Notes: a model not told the origin generated them from the letters alone. A stretch of DNA of 64,000 bases from Balanoglossus misakiensis (GCA_040954595.2 CM082577.2:2294001-2358000), one strand, 5' to 3'. Positions 23,343 through 36,900 are shown, counted from the first letter of the stretch. Numbers and translations are program-made.

Positions 23343-26300
23343 ATGGTTGACGCCGAGACGGTTACCAACTCCGGTAGGAAATTTGACCTTGACAAGATTA
23401 GAAACTTCAAAGTTAGAGACGACGACATATATCTGGTTACCTTTCCAAAATCAGGTGGGTGTCTCTGATTCCAACGTTATGATAAAAGGTTCGGACAAGA
23501 ATAAGCACAGACCAACGTGGTTAAAAGCAGATGTAAAGATACGCCCCGTTTTGACGTCAGGGAAGCTATTCCCAGCCCTGTAGCTGCATTTCAGTACCGT
23601 TGTGACCTCGATTTTGCATTGTTTGTGTGTTGGACGACAACCACACACAAAAAATCCAGAGCTACTGAACTGCAGCTATATACCCCAGCCACATATTCGC
23701 GTGACCTTTCTTGACGAAACTGGGGCTGTTCCTTGTGCTGGCTTCACACACGTCCCGTTTTGGCCTTTTGGTCTGATCTTTGCTTTTTCCGCGCCCTGTG
23801 CAAGAGAGCGAGAGCAATGCAAACCCTTTGTGTTTAACATCATGTAGGCATGGTTGGCAAAAGAGTCAAATAATTGTTTAAATTGCGCATTGCTCGTCAG
23901 TGTTTGCATATTAATTCGTTTTGCACACACCCCATAGCGTTAATGGCTGATTTTCATGTCGCAGCAATAGACTATTTTCCGAACTCCACGAAGTGAGTGT
24001 CACGCGCAAAGCATCATGGGAGTTCCACCATCGTTCATTTGACTTCGGCTAGCTTTGAGTAGACACAAGGTATAAGGACTTTCTCACGTGACACAAGACA
24101 AACAACTCTGTGACACTGGACAATTAACACACGACCCGTTAAACACCCCAAAAGTCACAATTTTCTTAACCTCTGCGCCTGTCCTGGTTTCATACAAAGC
24201 TAGCATGGTTTGTACTACTTGGCTAGCAACCCGTTGCTACGCGGGTAATTCACCAAGTGTCGCATGATCTCGCAATGAGAGAAAAAATGTCTGTAATATG
24301 CCCTTTGTTTCTAAGACTATTCGTCACCTGTTGTGTCACACTCGACGCAAAGTCACTTTCATGACCCCAGTGCGATCTTACACCCAGCTGTCATTTTGTT
24401 GGTTTGAGTTTTGCAGCAGCCAACTATACTATTGAATTTGATTAATCTAACTCTGATTCTAGTGCACACACAAATTTCCATTTTGTTTGTCGTTTTGTTC
24501 TTAAGTTGTGTATATACCAACAAAATACCAGGATGTAACGTCAATCATGCAAGTGGCCAATTGTCTCCCCTCTCTGTATTCGAAGGATTCTCGTGGATGA
24601 AAGAGATCTTGCCATTGGTTGTGAATGGAGGACGTATCGGCGCCATCAAAGATGTGCCGCCTGACGTCAGAATACCATATATGGAGTTCATTCTTTCCGC
24701 TGACAGTTGTCCAATAAACAGAAAAACTGTGCAAGGATTCGGTGTGCCAGAAGAGTATGATCTGGACAAGGTGCCCTCCCCGAGGATCATAGGCAGTCAT
24801 TTGAGGCAGGAGTTTCTGCCAAAAGGAATTGAAGAAAAGAAACCTAAGGTATATATATTTTAAGGAATTGACCACAATATGTATATTGAAAAGTGGCCAA
24901 ATCTCAGAAGATTAACGCTTCTTTATATTTTGACCATTATTTTTTCAGACTGATTATTTTCTTATTTTCCCTTAGAGATCCAGCAAGCGAGATTACTTCT
25001 ATTTGTCATTTCAGGTGATCTACGTGGCACGAAACCCGAAAGATGTCATTGTGTCAACTTATTACTTTTCCCAGCTGATGCTTCGGACGCCGAGTTGCAG
25101 TAGGAACCCATACAAGGACTTCAACGACTTCTTCCCCGATGCTTTGGAATCGAAGAATAAATCGCAAATCGTTATCTGTGAGTCCATCTTGTGCTGCATT
25201 CGTCGTTAACATACCACCTGGTCACCATTTTCATAATGACATTCCATTAAAAGGACATGCCTAAGACAGGTTACATTCTGTTGACCTCATATACGTTTCG
25301 TTGTAATGCTTTGACTCGTTGAAGCTTCGAAGACCCCAATCTGATTAAAACCAGCGCGGTGTTCTCTTTATGCTATCGCCTACCGGGCAACACAAGTAAA
25401 AGACGTCGTCGAACCCTACGTCTGATTTTTATCAGATTGCGCAGACCCTGGATGTTGTGCACTCGTAAAATACAGAAGCTATCCAGTTAATTAAATGACT
25501 TTACTAAACTGACCGCCTTTATAGACAGGGGGCCCTTATAGACAGGTCAATTATGAATGCATGGTAAACTCTTTCCCTGCAGTAATTTGCATTATGACGT
25601 GAAACAAAATTATGAAAAATAAGAAACGGTAAAATCCATCGACGCCTGTTTGATATTTACATATGAATGATGATTTATTTTCTGACAGATGACGGCTCCA
25701 AGTGGCATGAGCACGTACTGCAGTGGTGGGTGAAAAGACACGATAAGAATGTGCTGTTCCTTAAATATGAAGACATGAAAAAAGTAAGAACGTAATTCAA
25801 GTTGATGTCATTAATTTCAGACGACATCCAGAAACATTCTTTCTGTCCTTCATATTTTGCTTGTGTGTTTGTTTGTTTGCGTCGTTATCTGACTGTGGCC
25901 TACTACAAATTAACAGGACTTGAAATGTGCCGTGCGTCAGATAGCAGAGTTCTTGGAAGTCGAACTGTCGGTCGACGCCGTGGAGACGATCAGCACTCAC
26001 TGCAGTTTCGACAGCATGAAGAAAAACAAGATGGCGGTGAAAGGTGATTTTTGTGAGAAATACCTGAATGTTGGGGCTGAACAGTCGCCGTTCGTACGCA
26101 AAGGCAAGTGAAATAATCTGCGAAAGTCGTCGATATTTGCATATTTTCAGTGTTTATTACACTGTATTGTGTCGACTTTACTGATATGATGTGTGGAGAG
26201 CGCCTTGGGAATCTGCTCTTGGAAACAGACTGGAAAGTGACGCCATTTCACTTTAACTTTCAATGTTTGGTCTGTTATAAGGCATCTTTTCGAACATCTT

Positions 26301-26480
26301 CGCGTTTTTTAGTTCACTGACTGACATAAACTCATCATCAACCGAATTTCTTATTATCTATTACTAGGCAAAGTTGGCGGTTGGAAGAATTATTTCACAG
26401 TGGCTCAAAACGAACTCTATGACGAGCTGTACCGAGAGTGGACGAAAGACAGCGACCTGGAGATGACCTTTGATCTCTAG
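23343..26480 (+). CDS. Cytosolic PAPS-dependent sulfotransferase (SULT1-like), copy 2
   Basis: Exons 23343-23454, 24586-24848, 25015-25177, 25689-25783, 25917-26103 and 26368-26480. Motifs and exon structure are the same as copy 1. Confidence 0.92.
25337..25439. mobile_element. Palindromic MITE, copy 3 (internally deleted)
   Basis: CAATCTGATTAAAA ... TTTTTATCAGATTG, flanked by CGAAGACCC / CGCAGACCC (9-bp TSD with 1 mismatch). Confidence 0.75.
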
Positions 26481-27219
26481 GGAACTTTTCAAAACTTTGT
26501 CTTCCAGATTCATGTCGCTATATAGAAATTCACAACTTATCATACCAAACGATTTGCTCCGAGAGGCTATTGGTTTTCCAACTATACAGTCATTGTTGAA
26601 TTTTGAAGACAAAGATCATCACACTACAAAATATGAAAGAAATCTAGTCTTATTTTAAACATAGTACATTTACTGAACGTGAATTTTCCACGTGCGTAAA
26701 GGTCCAGTAAACAGTGTCTACCACCCATTAGTTAGGGACGCAGGTGTCCGGTATTACTACTTTCCGGCAGATTAATCTCGTTATATCCGTTGGTTGATTT
26801 AGTAGGTTTGGACTATGTTGATTATTTTGGATATTAAAATTAAAACTCTTTCGACATTTCCCCTGTAGTCTTTTGTCACTGTCCATAAGCCACTGCTTTC
26901 TCTTAAAATCGTTTTCTTTTGGTTACTTTTACTCGCATCAAACATGCACAGATACATACATGTACATGCACGGATCGATTTTCAGGGCAAGTATGTTTGT
27001 AACAGTGTCTTGGAGCGCCACCTACAGTCAGCAACAGGAACAACATGTTGCGCATGGGAGATGCGCATTCGCTTCTCTTCATATGCAAAATAAGCAACAG
27101 TGATCCTTACCCCCATTTGATGCGAAATTTCTTTTGTTGCTCGAAAATTCTAGTATGGTTTTCACAGTTTACGCCCAGTAAAATCAGTTTTAATAAAATC
27201 ATGAAATAAACAACATTTT

Positions 27220-27413
27220 CCCACTTCCCGCGAGAAACAAATGCAAATTTATTTTGGAGTACCATGAAACTCCGCAACACATGCGTACTGTTTTCCAGCG
27301 CGACCAATCAGAAGACAGAACGGATAACTTTAAACTCTTCACTTCACATTTCAAAAAAGTATTCCATCGGGTGTGCATGCGTGTGCAGTTCGTGTATCTG
27401 TTGATCGTACCAG
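27220..27413 (+). promoter_or_regulatory. Putative importin-alpha promoter and non-coding first exon
   Basis: Contains E2F-like TTCCCGCG (27225-27232), octamer ATGCAAAT (27241), CCAAT (27304) and CHR-like TTCAAA (27350). A possible donor CAG|GTTCGT at 27413 pairs with an acceptor TTTGCAG at 28214, upstream of the ATG. Confidence 0.45.
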
Positions 27414-28332
27414 GTTCGTTTTTCGCTTCTCTCTTTTCGTATATATTTTGAAGACAGCAATAAGATTGCTTTATTCTTTACGTTTATAATTTCGTTCGAC
27501 AATATTTGCAAGTAGCTAGGCAAAATTACGTTGGTGAGTATGATGTTTGGACGATGCACCGGCGTACCGCTATATTTAAAAACCTATTGTCTTGAAAATC
27601 TTATGGAAACTTACTCGAGACATTTCCACTTAACAGTTGAGTTGTGGGCAAGTGTGATCGTAGTAATGCTTTTCACAGTATTTTGAAACAGTTTGTAACT
27701 AACAAATCGTCGATTGTGTAAGGTACATTCCGTTATATTGCCCCAAAGTCTGAGTGTGAGACGCCTCGACAAGTATTTTGCAATGTTGAAGCAGTCTTCT
27801 TTATTGATCGAAGGGGTTTCATTATTTGGCTACCGGCTGCAGGGGTATTTGCTAATATTTTCAGGCTCATATTTTTGATGAGTTTCAAGCTTCATGTCAA
27901 TATTCCCTCAAAGGATGACTTTTGCTATTCAGTTGCTTACGATGTAACGACAGTTGTCCCTGAGGCTGAAGTTCAAAAAAGCCACGATGAGTTTTGAGAA
28001 CTGGGTCTAGTATAGACGTGGAGGGTTTACCATATGGGGGTTTAATTTAAAAAAATAACTGTAGCGAAAACGGTCGTTTTTGTAGTAGATCGTTATCTGA
28101 CTGAACTTATTTGACTTTAATGTAAATACTGGTATGCTGACTGTATCCAATTCACACCTTTTGAAGACCGTTATTCACTGACTTACTAATGCTAATTGAT
28201 CTGTTTGTTTGCAGAGTGAAACAAACCAATCGCCACATCTAACGTTGAGAACATTGAACTTGAAGCACCATACTAAATTAGCCAGCCGCATTTCGTTTTA
28301 TCTCGCACTTCGAAGACCTAAACTCTTCCAAA

Positions 28333-31300
28333 ATGCCAGCACAAGAAAATCGCGCCGATCGTTTGAAGGCATTCAAGAACAAAGGCCGCGACTCAACGGT
28401 AAGATGGGCACCGGCAACTTCTGTAACTATAACTTGAAAACGTTCTTTGTTTTATGATCGAACCCAGAAAACCTTGCTATCCTCATTGAGTCTGCAGATC
28501 TATTCTCAAATCTAAACACTGGGTGACTGGATAATCATAGGTGGATATCTGGGAAATTATACATTCAATTGTTATTGTGTATGTAGAAGAATAAGAAACA
28601 TGTTATCATTTTTTTAGTGGAAAATTCATCTTTCCTATTTACATTTGCCTGTGCGAGTTGACAAAGTTGAGCCGTTTTCATGTACTGTACATGTACCTGA
28701 ATTTGTGTATCCGTGCATTTTCATTTTAGGAGATGAGGAGGAGGAGAACGGACATTAACGTTGAACTCCGTAAGGCCAAGAAAGATGATCAGCTGTTGAA
28801 GAGACGAAATGTGAAAATCGAGGATGATGAAACCCTTGCACCTCTGCAAGAACAGAAACAAGGTTCAGGGCCCGTGTCTGTGGATGCTCTCAAAGTTGAC
28901 ATCTACGGGACAAACCCACAGAAACAGTTGCAGGCAACACAAGCTGCTAGGTGAGAGGAATAATTTGCACGTCTTGTGCAAATTATAATGTTAATTTTTT
29001 GCATTATTCAGGGGAAATAAAATACTATAAATATTGCATCCTGGTGCATAAAAGAGTTTAATTTTTTTTTCTTCAAATTTCTACAGGAAAATGTTGTCAA
29101 GGGAAAGAAATCCTCCACTGGATGCAATAATCAATGCTGGATTAATTCCCAAGTTTGTTGAATCGCTGGCACGGAGTGATTGGTAAGTAATGATGTTGAA
29201 AGACTTTGTACAGAATGTCAAAAATTAGAAGATGTGCTGTGATCTTCCTTTGGAGTTACATATGCAAAGTACCTCAGTAATTGTGCAGTCCTACTGTTCA
29301 CTGCCACATAGGTACCGTCAGAATTACATGCGTTTCATACTTCAACAGTTCTGTTCCCAAACACCATCATTTGTGTCACTACCCATGATGTTCAGTGATT
29401 TTGACTGACTATTTCTGCTATTTCTCTAAACAGTCCAGCACTTCAATTTGAGGCCGCGTGGGCCCTGACGAACATTGCGTCCGGTACTTCAGATCAGACC
29501 AAAGTAGTTGTCGATAATAATGCTGTGCCCGCATTTGTGAAGTTACTGAGTAGCCCCCATGAAAATGTCTGTGAGCAGGCCGTGTGGGCTCTAGGCAACA
29601 TTGCAGGTAAAATAAACTTGTTATATATATCATTATGTATCTGTAAAACTGGTCCTTGCATCTTAGGGTGGTTGTACATGTGTGTGCCTACCTAGTATCT
29701 GTACAGGGTTTTATTACATTTCCAGGTGACGGCCCACACAACCGCGACATGGTGATCCACAGTGGCATTGTCCAGCCCTTGCTGGCGCTCATCAGCCCCA
29801 AGACGCCCGCCCCTTTCCTGAGGAACGTCACCTGGACCCTGTCCAACCTGTGCCGGAACAAGAGCCCGCCTCCCAGCATAGATGCGGTGATGCAGATGCT
29901 GCCAGCGCTGGGCCACCTTGTGTACCACACAGACAGAGAGGTGTTGGCCGACACCTGCTGGGCTCTCTCCTATCTGACAGACGGCACAAATGATAGAATT
30001 CAGGTTGGTGGAGATCACTTTTTGGAACTGCAGGACAGTTTCTTGCACTTGACCTGTAAATGGAACACACTGACAGAAACAACTTTATTTTCTACATGAT
30101 AGTTTGTCATATTTATTTTCGTAATCAGCAAGATGTGTGAGCATGCATCTGTCATTATTCACATCAATGTGTCCTAATCATTTATTGCAGCTTGTGGTGG
30201 ATAACATTGCTCTGGCAAGACTAGCAGAATTATTAGCCTGTAATGAAGATTCTATCGTCACTCCTGCGTTGAGAACAATCGGCAATATTGTCACCGGTAC
30301 AGATGAACAAACACAGGTGAGATTGAAATGTTGTAATATTTTGTACCAAATAGTTATCGAAGCCAAAAGTGTTTTTGTCATGACTTGGAACGTGAAGACT
30401 TGACCCCCCTGGGTATACTGGGTTTTTATCTGGTGAATATATTTCATTTTGCACGAAAGTGACATTTCCTGTTTCAAAGTGTGGTTTGTTTTGTTTCACT
30501 TGTAGTCTGTGATTGAAGCGGGTGTGTTGCCAAACTTCAAAATCCTGCTGCAGCACCCAAAGAAGACAATCCAGAAAGAGGCTGCCTGGACAATCAGCAA
30601 CATCACGGCTGGAAACATGCACCAGATCAAGGCGGTCAACGACAGTGAACTCATGCCTCTTGTAATACAAATACTGCAGAAGGTAATTCTTCCCTCTCAA
30701 CTTTATTTTCCCAAGTTATTTCAGCATGGCTTGATGCATCTTAGAGATTCTACAGGAAACCTTTTATAGTCCGGTTTATTGTTTTTTTTAATCAACCCTT
30801 TGAAGTGTCTATTTTCCTGAGGCTAATCATCCCGAGTTAGTTTCGGTTGACGCCCTTCATGCGCATAAAACGGAGAACAGTGTTCACTGCTGTCTGTAAA
30901 TGTTGTCATGACAAGCCATCATTTCCCCCCCCCCCCCCTCTGCAGGGTGATTTCAAGAGCCAGAAAGAAGCAATATGGGCGGTGACCAACTACACGTCGG
31001 GCGGCACAGTGGAGCAGATATTTTACCTGGTGCAACATGGCGTGCTCAACCCACTGTGTGACCTCATGGTTGTCAAGGAGGCCAAAGTTGTCCTGGTCAT
31101 CCTGGACGCGATTGGAAATATTCTCCTGGTAGGTGAATTCTTCGACTTAAAATCATCTCAGTTTCATGTAAGGAGTCATCTTGTGTATGTATTTGACAAG
31201 AAAATGTTTCTGCCATTCATCTTAGTGGCAGACTTGGACTCAATCTGCCCTGAAGCGTCTGCATCTCATAATTCTATCATGTATGGTAATTACATGTGGA

Positions 31301-31964
31301 GTCTTTGCAACTGAAGTCCTGGTATAATAACCACCAGATCGAAGCAAAAAGACTTGCATGGAGACTCAACTGTTCCTTGCACTGTTTAATTTTTTTGCAG
31401 GCTGCTTGCAAAGGCAACCAGGTGGACACAGTGTGTCTGATGTTTGAAGAGGCTGGTGGTCTGGACAAACTGGAACAACTCCAGCAGCACGCGAATGAGG
31501 AGGTTTACGAGGCTGCTCTCCGTCTGATCGACAAGTACTTCTCTGGAGAGGTGGGTTTACTTTTTTTGTGTGCACGCATGCTTGTGTCGTCTTCTTCCTG
31601 AAATGGAGAAGTTTGTGTAGCTGTGGTTTTTGTTGCTTGTTCAAAGAAAAACATTAGTTAAAAGAAGACCTCTTGTGGTATTTAAAACTGTATGTTTAGC
31701 TTTCAGTTGAAAGCTTTCACTTGAAAGCTTGCTTTCACTTGAAAGCTTTCACTTGAGTGCTTTCACTTGAAAGCTTTCACTTGAGAGCTTTCACTTGAAA
31801 TATCCAGACTGGTAGCCCTGGAATGAATATAAAAAAATTTCCCCCCTTCCCCCTCTCTGCAGGAGGATGAAGATGTGACGGTTGCCCCGGAAATGACAGA
31901 CAACTCCGCCTACAAATTCAGTGCTGATGCAGCCACAGTACCCCAGGGAGGATTCTCTTTCTAA
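28333..31964 (+). CDS. KPNA2: Importin subunit alpha (karyopherin alpha-2 / alpha2 clade)
   Basis: The IBB domain reads [22 protein letters not shown]|[31 protein letters not shown] repeats include [38 protein letters not shown] and [13 protein letters not shown], and the C-terminus is QGGFSF*. About 10 coding exons with GT-AG ends. Confidence 0.93.
31698..31800. repeat. 14-bp minisatellite (TTGAAAGCTTTCAC) x ~7 in the last KPNA2 intron
   Basis: Directly visible. The unit contains the 12-bp palindrome TGAAAGCTTTCA. Confidence 0.85.
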
Positions 31965-33244
31965 ACAAGAGTGTGCAATCGTGACAACCCCCGGACACTC
32001 CCCCCCTCCCCCTGCAGTCCAGAGTCAATATTTCATGAAGGTTGTCCCTTCACTTGATGTGGGGGGTGTCCCTTGGCACAGTAAAAAGACACTGAAGTTG
32101 AGACATGTAACCTGGAAATTTAACACACACAACGGTACAAACTAAACCACATGAGAAATGCGGCCATAGAAATACGTGTATTTCTATGAACGTGTGCTCA
32201 CCCACATGTATTTATTTTGTGCATATATATATATATTTATATATCACATGACTAAACCGGGTTAAGGGTTAATGCAAAGCCTATACACAAAAACTGTACA
32301 TTGTGGCAATTGGGTTGGATCCACGATTTTTCGTCTGGGTCAGAATGTTTTGTACCATGTTGTGCATTTTATTGCATCCATGCATGCACGCACGCACGCA
32401 TGCACACACACACACGCACGAACGAACGAACACAGAGTTAAAGTTATCGCGGCCTTTACCATCAAGTGCAATCAAATTTTGTAGCTATTGAATTCTGTTT
32501 CACATCATCATACATTTTTTGCATTGTACAGAATATTCTGTAGAGCTCACACTTTTTTTTTTCTGAGAACAATAGTTCAAAATTACATACACAAGTCTCA
32601 GCAACGTGAAACTCCTTCAGATAGCGGTGTGAAAACTAAAAACTTATCACTATTTTTGTAACTAGTGTCTTAAACGAGGAAGTTTCATTTTCCTTGCATA
32701 TTAATATGAGTTAAAAGATTTGATATCTTCACCTTTTTTTTTCATTGTTCATAACTTCCATTTGTATATTACTCTATTTTTTTTCTTTACTGTCCTCTCT
32801 TTGAACGTTTCTGTTTGAAAATGGCTCAGAAATCATGAAACAACTTTTCTAGAAAAAAACAACACTTTAAATTATTGCCTGTTTTGGTAATTGCAATTGG
32901 TTTATTACATTCCAAGTTGACACTCAGAGAATAAAAAACTAAAAAAAACAACTTTGTGCATGTTTTCTTTTGCCCCATATATACCCCCTCGGGCATCAAA
33001 GCAATCATTTGTCCGATGAGGGCGTGTGTCTCAAGTACCCAGTACTCGACGTTTGAGGGCGCACAGCGTATTAATGGAAAACCTGCGAAAGTCCAGTTTG
33101 CTGAAATCTGCAGAAGCAAATAAAGGAACGAATATTTAGAAAGTGTGTGCGTGTCTGGGATGAGAACACCGCCAAAAATAGTGTGATGTCATTATTTAAA
33201 TGTATATCATCCTTATTATCTTATTCCATTAATTAGTAATGTTG

Positions 33245-33909
33245 TTATTGGAAATTTGTGTGTTGGTGCCTGAAGTTTATGTTTGTTTGTTTTCTTTTGC
33301 TGTAGCGCCACCAACGTCTACGAATATATCTTTTGTTTTCATGATTAGCGTTGACATGTCCATGCGCAGCATAACATATGCATCTTTTACTGTTATCGCT
33401 ACTGGTTGTGTGGGCCATCTTACTTTGTATTGGTATATATTTCATTTGAGCAGTGTGACATGACTTTTTCAGAGTCAATCTCCCATTAGCAGAAAGCGTG
33501 TCGTGAATTTCACACGATAAAACAAGAGAGTATGCTTCGCCCTTTCCACCTTGCATAGATCTGTAACTTGGGGGTGGGGAGGGGGGGATTAAATTTTGGC
33601 TATTCTCCAAGACCAGCAAATGCATTTTCCCGCTATACTTCCTCATTGTACGTGCATATTCGACCGTAGGTCTGACAGTGTCCATGTTCATAGGTTCTGC
33701 GTTTCTTATTCCCTTGTATGTAGACAGGTCCATGGGTGAAATCTCGTGAAGTTGGCCACGGTCTCTCAAGAGGGGCTGTATGTTGGCCAACAAAGTTAAG
33801 TCCACTGTTGAATTTGTGATTCTTTCACACGAAGGATTGTACGATATGAAAAAAATACCTGTAGGGATGGCGTTTCCCAACTCCTTGGCTGTACATTTAT
33901 TTGAGTGGT
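33245..33909 (-). CDS. Possible terminal coding exon of an unknown gene (~220 codons)
   Basis: A strong acceptor (TTTTTTCTCTCTATCCTCGCCAG) sits directly before the longest non-repeat ORF in the gene-poor half. It contains PMDLS and PPSY motifs but no recognisable domain. Confidence 0.4.
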
Positions 33910-36900
33910 CTGGCGAGGATAGAGAGAAAAAACAAGAGCGGGTTAAAAACTGATCAATAACCGTTGCAGAAAGGTATTTCTATATTCGTCCTGTGGTGAC
34001 AAAGTAAAACAGGTTGTTAACAATGTGCAGCTGTTCTGGTGGGGGTGTTTATTCCGTAGTTGGAAGCAAATCTTGAAAAAGAAAATTCGCATGGCATCAC
34101 ACGACCAGCCTTTCTTAACTTGTGTAGTTCAAAGATGCAGATTCAAGTAATTGTCTGTGTGAGAATTTAGTTTAAATTTGGGATAAAGAGGTAAAAGTTT
34201 GAATTCGCTCCGAGCATACATGTACATCCAACGTTCACACGAGGTCGCGGCCATTTTGAAACGAGGTAAATCTCAATACGTCGACCATTATATTACCCCA
34301 TATAAAAATGACCGAACTATCCGACATATGTGCAGGTTTACATGGAATTAACAGGATGTACAAGTCATAATTTAGTGTTTGGTGTCACAATCAAACTTAA
34401 TTGACCACGTTTTCCCCTTTATACATACAGCGAAATTCTGATCACTGATCATCATCGCGTAAGCCCATACTGAGAAAATACTCTTGCTAAAAGTAGTGAA
34501 ATGGCAACCTAATAATTCATAATATTTTCCTTTGCATTTTGTGTATTAGTAAGTGCCAGGACACTTGACGATTTTCGACTCTCTAATATGCGTTTCCCCC
34601 TTTTTTCACAAATGTTTCGTATGTCAAAGTTTAGTATAAACAGCCGATGACCAGCTGTGCACGATCAAGACACACCTCAAATTTAATGCTAGGCCTTTAG
34701 ACGGTTAGCGCAGGAGTTGATCAGGGGCTCGACGTGGACGTACGACCTGGCCGATCGGCGCGTCACTGCACCCTTGCACAAACGTCGGCGCTACAGAGGG
34801 ATAAGCCATGTATATCCAATCGAAAATTTGTGAATATTTCTGATATTTCGTTCAATAAGGTAAGAACCCACCACATATTCAATGCTTCACGTAGGCCGGC
34901 CTACCGGGGACTTTTCACATTTTCAGGACAATGAAACTTAATAACATTTATTCAACGAATGCGCAGGCAATGGCCGTTACATTTAATACTTAGTCTAGTT
35001 TAGCATGCAAACTATGTGGTATTCTGTAATTTAAAATGAATTGTTCAACTTAGTTTGTCGTTTGCCGCCGTGGAATGGTAGGCCTATCGTTCATGGGGTG
35101 AGATGCTGCAGTTTAATGACGCAGATTTCCCCAAACTTGGAAAGCGTACACCATTTGTCGCAGTGAGTCTATGATATATTATGTGTTTTCGTCAAATTCG
35201 TTAAATTCGGCGGGGAGAACAGTTCTCGGCACCAACCTGCCAGTCATTCGATATTTATTCCCCTAACTGATACGCCAGAACTATTATATAGATCTACAAC
35301 CGTTTATTGGGCTAGTCGTCGATAATGGTTACCGAACTGAATAAGACTTTTATCAAAAACTGGGCAATTTTCGGTTAGATACGTCACCTATCCTGACCCT
35401 CCTTTTGAACCCCTGATGGGTATAAATTTCAAATCCCCTCTTTTTGGGATAAGGTTTATCTTGTAATACCAATATATTTCATATTGTGTTTTATTGCGTA
35501 AACGTGCGCATGGATATTAGACATTTTAATAGTCTGGATGACTTTTTTCCTATTGCAAACAGTACTGTGAACCCACGCCACATCACACCAACATTCTAGG
35601 CAATATACAATACAACTGATTTATTAATCAACAATATTCATAATTATAAATGTATAGATTGGAATAATTCTTATTTATGCCATGTCATAACGTTTTGGGA
35701 GAGAATTTTCGAATATCAATATGCAAACTGTGCACAGTGCACGTCGCGACGCAAACCCGTGACCTACATATGCTTACAGAGGGCGCTAGAGGGATTTCCC
35801 CTTCGTTGGCCCACGCGTTAGCTATTGCCATTGACAGAGCCGTCTGCATAGGTCACACTGATACAAAATCGGCAACAGAAGATGTAGTACGGAAGTTCGT
35901 GGTGGAATGTAAACATGGGACGGAGGACGAGACATTTCATTATTGTTGCATCGTTGGACTGGTGAACGCCATTTGATATTTGATGTTAAGTATTGCTGTT
36001 GGTTCAAATTCGAAAATTTCGAGCGAGGTTGGCAAGACTACTATAGACTAGTCCGAATTAAGCCACAATATACTTATTCGACTGGCTGTATATTTAAGCG
36101 ACACAGAAATTTGTAGGTAAGTAGTACCATTCACTATTTCCAAATGAAAGGTTCGCGATCAAAGGGTGAAAAGTGTCTGTCAAGAACAGTCCTACATTGT
36201 TTTTGGCGTGGCGCGAAGCCCGGGCGCGGCATGAAGCGTATGATACCATACAGTTTTACAGTATTCAAAAAGCGTCGTCTGCGGTTGAATTGAGATAACA
36301 GCTGGCCTAATGTAACGATTGTTGTGACTGGGTGAATCGGGGAATGTCGTAGAAGGACTGGCCTGTCACGGGGCTTTTGTTTTATGAAGGAAATTCGCTA
36401 GAGACAAAAGAAATGTGTGAAAATGGAATTTACGAATGGAATTTCACGACCATAGCGGTCACTTTTCGCCTTGTGAAAGAAAGTTGATGACGTCGCTCTC
36501 GTCGGTAGTTCATCGACCAATGATATCGCTGCATTGCTGACATTTCGCCGAAGTTGAGAGGGAATTCCTAGAACTCATTAATATTCAGGTCTGAAGGATG
36601 TCGGCCGGCGAAGCACAGTTCCATATCTTGAAGTCGACATTTTTTTGTATTTTACATGTAGTGTAGCCGTGATTCAGTGATGATATCTGTATGTAAACCG
36701 TTAAAAAAGTGTTTGTGTAAATTTGTCGAATTGCCGTATTTCGAACCTCTCTTAATTTCCATAATAATTGGCGCTAAAATTAAAACCTGTGAGGACAGAT
36801 CTTTCCTAGCGGACCGGCGTTCGTACAAAAAAAATCTGCTAGACTTATACTATCGACGTCGTTAAGCACTGTTAACCAAATGCTGCGAAATGATACCTCG

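Noticed and set aside
25505-25555. TATAGACAGG repeats, possibly a Tc1/pogo MITE relic (also at ~21800)
   Set aside because: Too short and degenerate to define ends or a TSD.
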